DNA of 64,000 nt from positions 24,746 through 88,745 of the forward strand of contig DNUE01000016.1 of the NCBI GenBank assembly GCA_003508005.1, given 5' to 3'. The DNA comes from Desulfobulbaceae bacterium. Lineage in GTDB: Bacteria; Desulfobacterota; Desulfobulbia; Desulfobulbales; Desulfobulbaceae. The translations under genes and the position numbers were made by a program. Shown in pieces: positions 46,804 through 59,500 of this stretch. Each line of letters starts with the position of its first letter. Within the stretch, counting starts at the first letter, position 1. The notes beneath the pieces were generated by a model that was not told the origin of the DNA, made no database searches, and was given only the letters and a program-made list of their open reading frames with translations.

Positions 46804-46866
46804 CAAAGGGATGCATACGATGACAAGGAACCTTGGCGGATCAACAGCTCTTCAGCACCTTGAATG

Positions 46867-46913
46867 AAAAAAACAGGAGGGGAAATTTTCTTGTACAAAT
46901 TCCGCCCCCCTGT
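46867..46913 (-). terminator. rho-independent terminator downstream of the ferredoxin gene
   Basis: On the minus strand, an ACAGGGGGGCGG...CCCCTCCTGT hairpin is followed by a T7 run. Confidence 0.6.
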
Positions 46914-46954
46914 TGACTTGCGTAAATCGATCCCGGTTTCCGCCGGGAAGAGAA

Positions 46955-47140
46955 TTACACTTCGGTAACCGTGATCGCCCCTGTCGGGCAGACCTCGACG
47001 CAGGTCTCGCAGCCCAGGCACTCATCCATGTTCACCGGCTCGGCCTTGCCGTCAACCAGTTCTAAGACCTGGGCAGGGCAGGCGTTTACACATTCAGAGT
47101 CACCGTTGCATTTATCTTTGTCCACCACTACATCAAACAT
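46955..47140 (-). CDS. small [4Fe-4S]-type ferredoxin (61 aa)
   Basis: CNGDSECVNACP and CLGCETCVEVCP cluster motifs, with a strong RBS (GAGGGAGG). Confidence 0.85.
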   Translation of the reverse strand: MFDVVVDKDKCNGDSECVNACPAQVLELVDGKAEPVNMDECLGCETCVEVCPTGAITVTEV

Positions 47141-47767
47141 GACATACCTCCCTCGTTCTGTTTTGCTTTAAAGCCTTGGTAACAAACTCCTTGTGGAGTA
47201 TTTTTTAACATGGGGCGACGTTATCGCGTCTCCCCAAGATGTTCATCCCTTCTATTTGGCGCCGCTTAGCCATGCTTACGGCTATTTTCATTTTCCTGGC
47301 CCAGGTATTTTTTATTAGGGGCCGCTCCCGCAGGAATTGATCAACTGCCCTGGCATCCGATGGGTTCGCGCCGGACGATTGAGATGACGCTCACTTTCCC
47401 AACCTGTCCATTTTCCTGTTCGACCAGTGAATACAAGCAGCAGTGGCTGAAACGATCTTGTCTCTATCGCTTCAGCTTTTCTGAGTTCTCTGGTCAGGAT
47501 GGAATAGTACCCAAAAAAAATATAACACCTCTTCTAACATATTGAAATTTTTTCTGCCACGTTTTGCTGATAAAGTCATCAAAGAACATATGCACAAAAT
47601 AAATAACAAGGATGCCGTTGTCAGAAGGATTTTTTGACATTCCCCTTCCGTTTGTTCATGGTGGAATCTCCTGTCAGGGTGAAGAGCTCATTTTCAGACT
47701 ATGTGGCTAATCTCTCTGGATAAGTGCGACACGAACAGTCAGGAATGAGATCGCCCTCCACGGCAGG

Positions 47768-48781
47768 TCAGCGGTAACCGTCTGGATTGTTCGACTGCCA
47801 GCGCCAGGTGTCCGTGCACATGGCGTCGAGGCCGCGTCTCGCCCGCCAGCCGAGCTCTTTTTCAGCAAGGCCGGGATCAGCGTAGCAGCAGGCGATGTCT
47901 CCCGGTCGGCGGGAGGTGATGCGGTAGGGTATTTTCTTGCCGCTGGCCCGGGCAAAAGCGGCGATCATCTCCAGCACGCTGCAACCGCGTCCGGTGCCCA
48001 GGTTGAAGGTCGCCACCCCTGGGTTTTGCGTCAGTTTTTCCAGGGCCTTGAGATGACCCAGGGCCAGGTCGACCACATGGATATAGTCGCGGACCCCGGT
48101 GCCGTCGGGCGTATCGTAATCATTGCCGAATACCGACAGGGTCTGCAGTTTGCCCACCGCCACCTGGGAGATAAAGGGCATGAGGTTATTGGGGATGCCG
48201 TTCGGGTCCTCGCCGATCTCTCCGCTTTCGTGCGCGCCCACCGGGTTGAAGTACCGAAGCAGGGCCACGTTCCAGGACGGGTCCGCTGTGTGCAGATCGC
48301 GCAGAATCTCCTCGATGAACAACTTGGTCCGGCCATAGGGATTGGTGCAGGCGAGCGGAAAATCCTCGCGGATGGGAACGCTCTTCGGATGGCCATAGAC
48401 CGTGGCCGAGGAACTGAAGACCATATTTTTGACATTGCATTCCTGCATCACCTGGCAGAGGTTAAGGGTGCCGGTGATGTTGTTCCGGTAGTAGAGAAGG
48501 GGCTTGGCCACAGACTCGCCAACCGCCTTCAGCCCGGCAAAATGAATGACCGCCGTTGCATCGTCGCAGACCGCGAAGATACGCTCCAACTCATCCCGGT
48601 CCAGCAGGTCGGTCTCGAACAGGGCGATGGGTCTTCCGGTCAGCTTTTCCACCCGCTGGAGGGACTCTTCGCATGAATTGCTCAGGTTGTCGATTACTGT
48701 GACCTGGTGCCCGGCGTTGAGCAACTCCAGGCAGGTGTGGCTGCCAATATACCCGGCCCCGCCGGTGACGATGATATGCAT
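47768..48781 (-). CDS. galE: UDP-glucose 4-epimerase
   Basis: [15 protein letters not shown] Rossmann motif, with YGRTK providing the catalytic YxxxK. The internal ATG at 48781 was chosen. Confidence 0.9.
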   Translation of the reverse strand: MHIIVTGGAGYIGSHTCLELLNAGHQVTVIDNLSNSCEESLQRVEKLTGRPIALFETDLLDRDELERIFAVCDDATAVIHFAGLKAVGESVAKPLLYYRNNITGTLNLCQVMQECNVKNMVFSSSATVYGHPKSVPIREDFPLACTNPYGRTKLFIEEILRDLHTADPSWNVALLRYFNPVGAHESGEIGEDPNGIPNNLMPFISQVAVGKLQTLSVFGNDYDTPDGTGVRDYIHVVDLALGHLKALEKLTQNPGVATFNLGTGRGCSVLEMIAAFARASGKKIPYRITSRRPGDIACCYADPGLAEKELGWRARRGLDAMCTDTWRWQSNNPDGYR

Positions 48782-48871
48782 CTGTGCTCCTGCTCCTGAG
48801 GATAATATGAATGTGATCAAGAGAAACGGATCAAAGTTCTTTTGTCAAAGCTATTTTATTGTCCGGATTCA

Positions 48872-49849
48872 TCAGCCGGCAGTCGTTGCACCGCTCCCGC
48901 CTATTCCTATTCTCCTGCCCGTTTTCTTTTCCCCACGGAGGGAAGCCAGGTTGAACAGAATGATGGAAAGGGCGACGCAGAACATGCCGGCTACCGAGGA
49001 AAGTGTCGGCGACTCGTCGGGTAGCAGCAACCAACTCAGGGCGGCGCCGAACACAGGGATGATGAATTTCCAGATATTCACCTCCGATACCCGTGTTCCC
49101 GGGCGGCGAAGCAGGATAAACCACAAGGAAAATGCAATGGCTGAAAGGGCGGCCAGCCAAAACAGGACCGTGTAATATTCCATGGGCAGTATCCTCCGAG
49201 GCGGACCTTCCAGGGGGATGGAAAAGAGAAAGAGAAAAAGGCCGCCGAGAAATATCTGGATGGAATTGAGCATGACCGGTTCCATGCTGTTGTTATCGCG
49301 GGCCACCAGGATGTTACCGAAGGCGCTGGATACCGTAGACAGAAGCAGCAGCACGATGCCGGCAAGTTCCTTCAGCCCCGCCGGCGAACTCCAGGGCTCC
49401 CGGCTCACGCAGAGCACGATCACCCCGACTACCCCGAGTCCAAGGCTGAATATCCTGGACGGGGTCAGGGCGTCGTTGCCCATGCAGTAATGCGCAAGAA
49501 TTGCTGCGACCAGCGGCGAGGCCCCGACGATGATGGCCGTAACCGCGCCGGAAACCAGGGTGATCCCGAAATAAAAGAGGGCATACAGTAAAAAGGTCTG
49601 GAAAAAACTGACCACCAGGATCAGTTTCAAGTTCTCCTGAATCATTCCGATTTGGTTCGGGTTTTTGCGCCACCAGAACGGTACCAGCATCAGGCCGGAA
49701 AGCATGAAGCGGAATCCGGCAAAGCAAAACGGGTCGGTGTAGCGCAGACCGATCTTGATGCCGGCAAAGGCGGTTGACCAGAGAAGGCAGGCCAGGATAG
49801 CCAGGAGGGCGTTGGTTGCCGGATAGGTGTCGCACCGCAATATGGACAT
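48872..49849 (-). CDS. DMT superfamily (EamA-like) transporter
   Basis: About 10 predicted TM helices in a duplicated EamA-like arrangement. Confidence 0.75.
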   Translation of the reverse strand: MSILRCDTYPATNALLAILACLLWSTAFAGIKIGLRYTDPFCFAGFRFMLSGLMLVPFWWRKNPNQIGMIQENLKLILVVSFFQTFLLYALFYFGITLVSGAVTAIIVGASPLVAAILAHYCMGNDALTPSRIFSLGLGVVGVIVLCVSREPWSSPAGLKELAGIVLLLLSTVSSAFGNILVARDNNSMEPVMLNSIQIFLGGLFLFLFSIPLEGPPRRILPMEYYTVLFWLAALSAIAFSLWFILLRRPGTRVSEVNIWKFIIPVFGAALSWLLLPDESPTLSSVAGMFCVALSIILFNLASLRGEKKTGRRIGIGGSGATTAG

Positions 49850-50091
49850 GCTGGTAACCGTCGAAGAGGAGGAGCTTCAAAAAATTATAGTCGTTTTCTT
49901 GAGCCCTGCTGTCAAGAGGTTCCGGCGAAAGGGAGTGAATTGAAGCAGCCTCCTGCAGCTCTGTGCATCGGAGAGCTCGCGGTTACGGCCATAAATCATG
50001 ATCGACATCATAACTAATTCCTGATAAAATTTATACAATATGGTAAAGAAGCTACGCTGCCGCAACAGATGACTTGAGCCGGAGGAGAGGT

Positions 50092-50274
50092 ATGCCGTAT
50101 GTAAGTATTCGGGTGGCCGGAAAGCTGACCCGCACGCAGAAGCAAAATATCGCCCGGGGCGTAACCGAGGTGATTGCCAGGGAGGCAAACAAGCCGGAGA
50201 GTTCCATCCTCATCTTTATTGACGAGGAAGAGAGGGAAAACATCGCCAGCGGCGGCAAGCTTCTGGACGAATAA
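50092..50274 (+). CDS. 4-oxalocrotonate tautomerase family protein
   Basis: MPYVSIRVAG places the catalytic Pro-1 after the initiator Met, and the protein is about 60 aa. RBS GGAGGAGAGG. The internal ATG at 50092 was chosen. Confidence 0.75.
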   Translation: MPYVSIRVAGKLTRTQKQNIARGVTEVIAREANKPESSILIFIDEEERENIASGGKLLDE

Positions 50275-50321
50275 GAGCTGTCCGGGAAGATGGCATGGCC
50301 TCAAGGCCGGGACTCGGCTGA

Positions 50322-52630
<2,309 letters not shown>

Positions 52631-52663
52631 ACTGAGATTCCAACCAGGAACGAAACGTTGAGC

Positions 52664-52915
52664 ATGAAAAAGGTCCAGGTACCGGCTGGCCGGCCTCTCG
52701 GCAGGATTGTCTGCCCAAACTGCGGCAATGACAGAGAGTTTGTCGAGGTGGCCCGCAATGTCGTTGTCACCACCAGGTATGTGCAGAATGATGACGGCAG
52801 CTTCACCCCGGATGAGGGCGATAGCGAGGTGCTGGGTAAGGTCGGACTCTACTGTGGCCAATGCGACGCCGATGTCAGCATCTATCACAACCATGTCATG
52901 GAGATGATTTTTTGA
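52664..52915 (+). CDS. small zinc-ribbon protein (about 83 aa)
   Basis: CPNCGN...CGQCDA Cys pairs. ATG 52664 was chosen (the track start at 52658 is TTG). The stop lies 2 nt before the ATP-grasp gene. Confidence 0.5.
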   Translation: MKKVQVPAGRPLGRIVCPNCGNDREFVEVARNVVVTTRYVQNDDGSFTPDEGDSEVLGKVGLYCGQCDADVSIYHNHVMEMIF

Positions 52916-52917
52916 GC

Positions 52918-53688
52918 ATGGCGTTCCGGATAATCGAGAGCAACGCAGACCTCAATGACCGCTTCCATGAGCTCCGGGCCGGTGATGTGGTAGTCGGCCG
53001 GTTGCGGCTGCGATCCGGGGAAGAACACCTGCTGCTTGACCTCGCAGTGCGCGGCATCAGGCTTGTGCCCTCGGCCATCTCCCAGTGGCTGAGCCGGTCC
53101 AAGGTCTTTCAGGCAAGGATGCTCGGCTCCTATATGGTTCCTGCGACCCGGCCGGTCTACGATCTGCACGACCTGATGCAGCTGGTGACCGAATACGGCC
53201 GGGATGGGGTGGGCAGGGTCGTCTGCAAGCTTGACCGGGCCAACGGCGGGATGGGCATCCTCCTGTTCGCGTCCGTTGAGGAGGCCTATACCCAGGCCGT
53301 CCTTGGGAACCTACGCTTCCCCTTTGTCCTGCAGCCGTTCGTCGATCAGGCGCGGGACATCCGGGTGGTGCTGCTCGGCGATTATCTGGAGGCGTACCAG
53401 CGGCACAATCCCCATAATTTTCGTCACAATCTCCATTGCGGGGGGGAAGGAACCCCCTGGCAACTAGACAGTGCCCAACTGGATCTTTGCCGGCAGGTCA
53501 TGGTCCGGGGCGAATTCCCCTATGCCCATATTGACCTGCTGGTGACCCCGGAAGGGCAGAACTGGCTGAACGAAATCAATCTGCGGGGAGGATTGCGGGG
53601 GGCACGAATCTCGCAGGGTGACTATCTGGCGGCGGTGGAAAAAGTCCACGCCAGGCTGCTCCAGGAAGAACAGGGTTGCCGGCCTTGA
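52918..53688 (+). CDS. ATP-grasp (RimK-like) family protein
   Basis: VCKLDRANGGMGILLF...FVLQPFV...DIRVVLLGD...HIDLLV...LNEINL is an ATP-grasp fold pattern. Confidence 0.65.
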   Translation: MAFRIIESNADLNDRFHELRAGDVVVGRLRLRSGEEHLLLDLAVRGIRLVPSAISQWLSRSKVFQARMLGSYMVPATRPVYDLHDLMQLVTEYGRDGVGRVVCKLDRANGGMGILLFASVEEAYTQAVLGNLRFPFVLQPFVDQARDIRVVLLGDYLEAYQRHNPHNFRHNLHCGGEGTPWQLDSAQLDLCRQVMVRGEFPYAHIDLLVTPEGQNWLNEINLRGGLRGARISQGDYLAAVEKVHARLLQEEQGCRP

Positions 53689-53747
53689 AGGCCCGGATGG
53701 TTCTCTGTGCCGCTGAAGAGAATGAGCACAGGACTCTGAAAAAATGC

Positions 53748-53781
53748 AAAAAAAAAAGGAAGGCCGCCGAAGCAGCCTTCC
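53748..53781 (-). terminator. rho-independent terminator downstream of dsrC
   Basis: On the minus strand, GGAAGGC-10 nt-GCCTTCC is followed by a T-run of about 10. Confidence 0.7.
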
Positions 53782-53805
53782 TTTTGCAATTCAGGGTGTA
53801 ATGAA

Positions 53806-54126
53806 TTACACGCAGCCGGTCGGCTTGGGAAGACCAGCCATTTTGCAGGCTCCCTTGCCAGGTCCGCTCGGGAACAGCTCGTAGATCCTCTTCAGCGGGA
53901 AGCCGGTGGTCTTGGACAGAATACGGACCATCGGGGCAATGCCATTTTTCTTGTAATACTCCTGGAGAGCGTCGATAACCTTGGTGTGCTCGTCGGTCAA
54001 TTCGGAGATACCTTCGACGGTCATGACATAATTAACCCAGTCCTGATCCCACTGGGCCATGCCATCGGCCAGGAAGCCGTCTTCATCCACGTTATACGAT
54101 TTACCTTTGTGCTCAATAGTTGCCAT
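53806..54126 (-). CDS. dsrC: DsrC (TusE/DsrC/DsvC family sulfur-relay protein with both C-terminal cysteines)
   Basis: The C-terminal arm GKGACKMAGLPKPTGCV carries the two conserved Cys that distinguish true DsrC from TusE. Confidence 0.9.
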   Translation of the reverse strand: MATIEHKGKSYNVDEDGFLADGMAQWDQDWVNYVMTVEGISELTDEHTKVIDALQEYYKKNGIAPMVRILSKTTGFPLKRIYELFPSGPGKGACKMAGLPKPTGCV

Positions 54127-54388
54127 GTTATCCTCCTTGCGGCAAAATATTAACGTACAAGCCTACAATTTTTCCCCTAAGAAGTTTAGTGTCATTCATT
54201 TACTATAGGCCCTTATCTTTGTCAAGCATACAACTTCTTTTTTTTTGAATGAATGACCAATCATTTTTTTGACCGTCCGGCGAATATTTTTCACTGGAAA
54301 AAAAAGGGGATAATAGGGTAATTATACTCCCTCTGAAACATTCTGCCGGAAATTGTACGTTCATTACGGATCAAGGAGTCGAGACATC

Positions 54389-56281
54389 ATGCTGAGCATT
54401 TTGCGTAAACAGGCACAGTCCATTGTTATCCAGATAGTGGTCCTGATCATTGCCATTGTCTTTATATTCTGGGGTGTTGGCAGCAATTTGGGCAACCGCC
54501 GCAACTCGCTGGCCACAGTTAACGGCGAGGAGATTCCCTTTGACGCCTTTCAGCGAAATTACGACAACGCGGTGGACAATATGCGGGCACAGTTCGGCGG
54601 GACCATCCCCCAGGGATTCCTTGAAGGGCTCGGTCTGAACCGGCAGGTGCTGAATCAGCTGATCCAGGCGGAAATCCTTCGGCAGGGAGGTCGGGAAATG
54701 GGCCTGATGGTCAGCAAGATGGCTACTCAGGATGAAATCAAGTCCATCCCCGCCTTTCAGACCAACGGCCAGTTCGATCTGAATCGCTATAAGGAGGTCC
54801 TGGAGGAGAATAGGATGAACCCTACCTCCTTTGAGGCCAGCCTGCAGAACGATCTGCTGACCCGCCGGGTCAGCGAGTCCATCCAGGGGTTTGCCGTGGT
54901 CCCTGCCGAAAAAGTCATATCCCGCCACAACTACACCGGGGAACAGATTCGCCTTGCCTTCGCCGCAGTGAAGAGCGAGGAGTTGCAGGGCGAAGTGGAG
55001 GTGCACGACCAGGACCTGGCCGCATGGTATGAGCAGCACAAAAACGACTATCTCCCTGAGCCGAAAATTCGGCTGCAGTACCTGTTTTTTAACGCCGAAG
55101 ACGACTTGGCTCAGGTCCAGGTGAGCGATGACGCCCTCAAGGCGAGGTACGAGGCTGAAAAGGATAAATATTTTACACCAGAACAGCGTCATGCCCGGCA
55201 TATCCTGCTGCGCGTGAAGGAAGGAGATGATCCGTCAGTGCGAGCTGCCAAGAAAAAAACGGCTGAAGAGGTTCTGGTCCAGGCCAAGGCAGGCAATGAC
55301 TTCGCTGAACTGGCCAGGCAATATTCCGAGGATTCCTCCGCCAAGAACGGCGGCGATCTTGGATTCTTCAGCAAGGGCGCCATGGTCGAGTCTTTTGACA
55401 ATGCGGTTTTTCAATTGGAGCCGGGGGAGATCAGCGACGTGGTAGAGACGGTATTCGGCTATCACCTTATCAAGCTTGAGGAGGTGCGGGGGGCAACCAC
55501 CCGCTCCTTTGAGCAGGTCAGAGAGGAGCTTGCCGACCAGGTCCGGCGGCAGGAAGGCAAAGGCTTGACGTTCAAGCGAGCCTCCCAGGCCTACGAGGAA
55601 ATCTTTCGGGCAGGGAGCCTGGCAAAGTTCCAGGAAAACAACAAGGAGAGCGTACGGGAAACCGACTTTTTCAGCCGCAATGAGCCACCCCCGGCGCCGG
55701 TTTCCGACCCCCGTTTTCTCCAGGCGGCCTTTGCCTTGAAAAAGGGTGAACTCAGCTCAATAGTGGAGATCAGCCAGGGCTATGCCATCTTTTTTGTCAA
55801 CGACATCCAGGCCCCGTCGGCACCGGAGTTGAACGAGGTGCGGGAACAGGTGGAGGTCGCATACCGCAAGGAAAAAAGTATTGACCTGGCTAGGTCCAGG
55901 GCGGAAACCCTGCTGAATGAAGCCCGGGACAAGAAAAGTTTAAGTGATGCGGCGCCCAAGGAGATCGCGGTACAACAGTCAGGGTTGATCCTGCGCTCAA
56001 ATCCGGCCAGTGGCGGCGAGGTGCCAGCGCAGGTGGTTCATGAGGCCTTCTCCCTTTCCATGAAGGATGCCATGCCCGCCAAGCCGGTGACCGTAGGCGA
56101 TATTTTTTATGTGTTCCAGCTGCTGGAGAGGGGCAATGAGGAAAAGCCCCTTGATGATGCGGGGAAAAAACAGCTGCACGATCAGTTGCTGACTGGCGCG
56201 CAAAATGATCTGATGAAGGGCTGGCTGAAGTGGATGCAAGGCAGAACCGACATCTGGATCAACGAGGAGCTCCTGAAGTAA
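54389..56281 (+). CDS. ppiD: periplasmic chaperone/peptidyl-prolyl isomerase PpiD-like
   Basis: MLSILRKQAQSIVIQIVVLIIAIVFIFWG membrane anchor. Central parvulin domain HILL...GGDLGFF...GYHLIKL. RBS AAGGAG. Confidence 0.8.
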   Translation: MLSILRKQAQSIVIQIVVLIIAIVFIFWGVGSNLGNRRNSLATVNGEEIPFDAFQRNYDNAVDNMRAQFGGTIPQGFLEGLGLNRQVLNQLIQAEILRQGGREMGLMVSKMATQDEIKSIPAFQTNGQFDLNRYKEVLEENRMNPTSFEASLQNDLLTRRVSESIQGFAVVPAEKVISRHNYTGEQIRLAFAAVKSEELQGEVEVHDQDLAAWYEQHKNDYLPEPKIRLQYLFFNAEDDLAQVQVSDDALKARYEAEKDKYFTPEQRHARHILLRVKEGDDPSVRAAKKKTAEEVLVQAKAGNDFAELARQYSEDSSAKNGGDLGFFSKGAMVESFDNAVFQLEPGEISDVVETVFGYHLIKLEEVRGATTRSFEQVREELADQVRRQEGKGLTFKRASQAYEEIFRAGSLAKFQENNKESVRETDFFSRNEPPPAPVSDPRFLQAAFALKKGELSSIVEISQGYAIFFVNDIQAPSAPELNEVREQVEVAYRKEKSIDLARSRAETLLNEARDKKSLSDAAPKEIAVQQSGLILRSNPASGGEVPAQVVHEAFSLSMKDAMPAKPVTVGDIFYVFQLLERGNEEKPLDDAGKKQLHDQLLTGAQNDLMKGWLKWMQGRTDIWINEELLK

Positions 56282-56594
56282 CGGGCCGGCAGCGAAAGCC
56301 TTTTTCGGGGAACATCTCCCTTTGCCTGGTGGTGGCTCTCGGGAACATAGGCTGAAATGTTTGAGGCTCAAGGGGAAGATAAATCCGATCATGCTGAAGG
56401 ACGTATCTATTATTTGTTTCCCCGAACAAATCAATGTCCAGGATCGCTAAATGCCTCAGCTTACAGTATATAGCCTTTGGCCTTCAGTCTGAATAGCCTG
56501 AGCAGTTTACGCTTTTTGTGTTCAAGAAACTGGTTGTCCATGGTAAGTATAAAGGCTGTTGATTTTTTTTCGGGCATTTGCTTTCCAGGATTCC

Positions 56595-59500
56595 ATGACT
56601 GACGAACACGAACGGAACATTCCTGCGGGCTATTTATCTTTTTCCCCCTTGGAGCAGGCCCTTCTCCTCCTTGTTTCGGTAATATACGAACCCGTTGCCA
56701 CCCCTTTCCTTTTCTCCTGCATGGCAAAGGCCGATTTTGGGACGCTGGGGACTTTCAGGCCAACCCGGGAGGAGCTGGCTTCGGCCCTCTACCGACTGCG
56801 GGAGAAACATTTTCTGAACGAAAATAACCGCATTCCGCAGCCGTTGGTTGAGTACATCACCAGACAGGCCGTTCGCAGCGGAATATTTTGCCAGCTTTCA
56901 GCCTTGGTCGAAAAGATGGCCCCGGTTTCCTATCAGGACGGCAAATGGTCAACCCGCTGCCGGAGGGCCATGCGGCAGTTCCGTATCGGGATCTACAACG
57001 GGGATTTCGAGAAGATCGACGAGGCCAACGCCTTTCTTGATGAACACTGCCGTTCTCGTCTTGCGGGAAAGGCCCCTGCCGTGCTTGTCGCGGCCGAGTC
57101 GTTTGACCCTCAGTGGTTCGGTGCCCTGGCCGGATCCCTGCAGTTCTATCTGCTGGAGCAGGTTATTCGCTACAGCATGAACCAGTTGCAGCATTACCCC
57201 CCGGTTCTCTCCTATCTTGCGGACGAGTCTGCCCTGACCATCGGTCCTGACGAACAGGTGCCGTTCCACCGCCTTCTGGCCGGGTATTATCTGCTGGAAG
57301 GCCGTTTTACTGATCTGGAGGCTTTGCATGCGCGGCATCCGGACTCGTTCCATGCATCCGGCTTCAGCGGCACCCTTGCATTTCTGCGCGGCGACACCGA
57401 ACAGGCGCATTTTCTTTTTAGAGAGGATTTGCGCCAGTTGCATGCGTATTTCGGAGACCGTCCGGCTTTTTTCTTCGGCTTGCCGGGACTGTTCTGCGTC
57501 TTCGCCTTGCTGGACAGGAACCGTATAGAGGACCGGCTTCTTATCAAACAGGATATTGCCATCGCCCTGGCCCGGTACCAGGGATGTCCTGAAGAGGTTC
57601 CCTATCTGTTCATCGACGCCTTGGTCAGCTCCCTGGACAGTTCACTGCCGGACATGAAGACGCTCTCCGAACGGCTTCAGGAGGACGAGGCGGGTCTGAC
57701 AAGGCTTATTGCCGTACTCTGCCTCTGCTGGATGGGAGTCGAAATCCCCGACGAGTTCAGAAAGTCCCTGGCCTCTGTCTACGAAAGGGCTGCCGCCAAT
57801 GGTTTTGCCTGGCTGGCCATGGAGGCGGCGATCCTTCTTGGCGAACTGGAATATGAAGGGCAGGGGGCAGAATATGGCCGACTGGGCGAAGAGTACCGAT
57901 CCCGTCTGGGCTGCCGGTCGATTGTCAGCATAATCGCCACAGAGCGGTCCTGGAAGCATAGCCTGCAGGAGCTGATCACCCTGACCAGCGCGGTCAGGAG
58001 TCAGAAGCAGACCACCCGTTTGGTGTGGCTGGTACAGTACGCCAAGGGACGGCTCTATTTTCAGCCCAGGGAACAGAAACGTAAGGCGGACGGCACATGG
58101 AGCAAGGGGCGGTCCATGGCCCTCAGCCGGCTTATTGAGCAGCGGGATCTCGATTTCCTCACCACCCAGGACCGGCGCATCTGTGCGGCACTGCATTCTC
58201 TCGCGGAACCGCCGAGCAAGGGGAGCGGGTACGGTTTTGATCCGGAGATCGCTCTGCCGGCGCTGATCGGTCACCCCTTGGTGTTTCTGGAAAAATCACC
58301 GCAGACCCCCGTGGAGATCATTGCCGGAGAACCGGAGCTGCTGGTTGAGCAGCAGGGTGACTACCTGTTCATTCATTTCACCCAGGATATCGGGGAAGGC
58401 AAGGTGATAGTCTGGCAAGAAACCCTGACTCGGTTCAAGGTGATCCGGATCGATGATAATCATCGCCGCATTGCCGGGATAACCGGGCGCAAGGGGCTGC
58501 GGGTCCCTATCTCCGCGAGCAGCCAGGTGCTTGACGCCATCGGCAGGATCGGTTCGTTTATGACCGTCCATTCCTCGGTGGGGGTTGATATCGGCAGCCA
58601 GAGCGTTGACTCCGTGGAGGCCGATTCCACCATCCACCTGCACTTCATCCCCTACGGCAGCGGCTTCCGGCTTGAGATGTTTGTCAAGCCTTTTGTCGAC
58701 GGCGGCCCTTATCTGAAACCGGGCGTTGGCGTTGCCAATCTGCTGGCCGATGTCAACGGCCGGCGCCTGCAGACCCGCCGCAACTTGAGGCTGGAAGAGG
58801 AAAAGGCGAGAGAGATAGAGGAGAGCTGCCCTATCCTGGACCTGGCTATTGACCTGGAAGAGGGGAATGTGCGGGAATGGCACCTGCTCGACCCGGAGGA
58901 GTGTCTCCAGGCGCTGCTGGAGCTGGAGGAGATTCGGGACAAGGTGGTGCTGGAGTGGCCCGAAGGCGGCAGATTGTCCGTGCGCCGTCAGGCCGGCGTC
59001 AACCAGCTGAACCTCAATATCCGCACCAGCCAGCAGGACTGGTTCGGAATCAGCGGGCGGCTTGCGATCGATCAGGATGAGGTCATCGAGCTGAAGACCC
59101 TGCTGGACAGCGTAAAGTATTCCCGCAGCCGCTTCATCCCCATCGGTGACAGCCAATTTTTGGCCCTGACCCAGGAGTTCCGCAAACGACTGGACGAGCT
59201 GGTTCTCCTTGCCGAAAGCAGAGAGGACGGAGAGGGCGACGAGGTCTTCATCCATCCCCTGGCTGCACTCGCTCTGGACGGCCTGACCCGGGAAGCGAAC
59301 ACCAAGGCCGATGAGGGCTGGAAGCGGCGTCTGCGCCTGGTTCAGGAATCGCAGGCCCTGGCCCCCGAGGTACCCTCCACCCTGCAGGCCGAACTGCGCG
59401 ATTACCAGTACGAGGGTTTCGTCTGGATGGCGCGCTTGGCACATCTCGGCGTCGGCGCCTGCCTGGCCGACGACATGGGTCTTGGCAAGACCCTGCAGTC

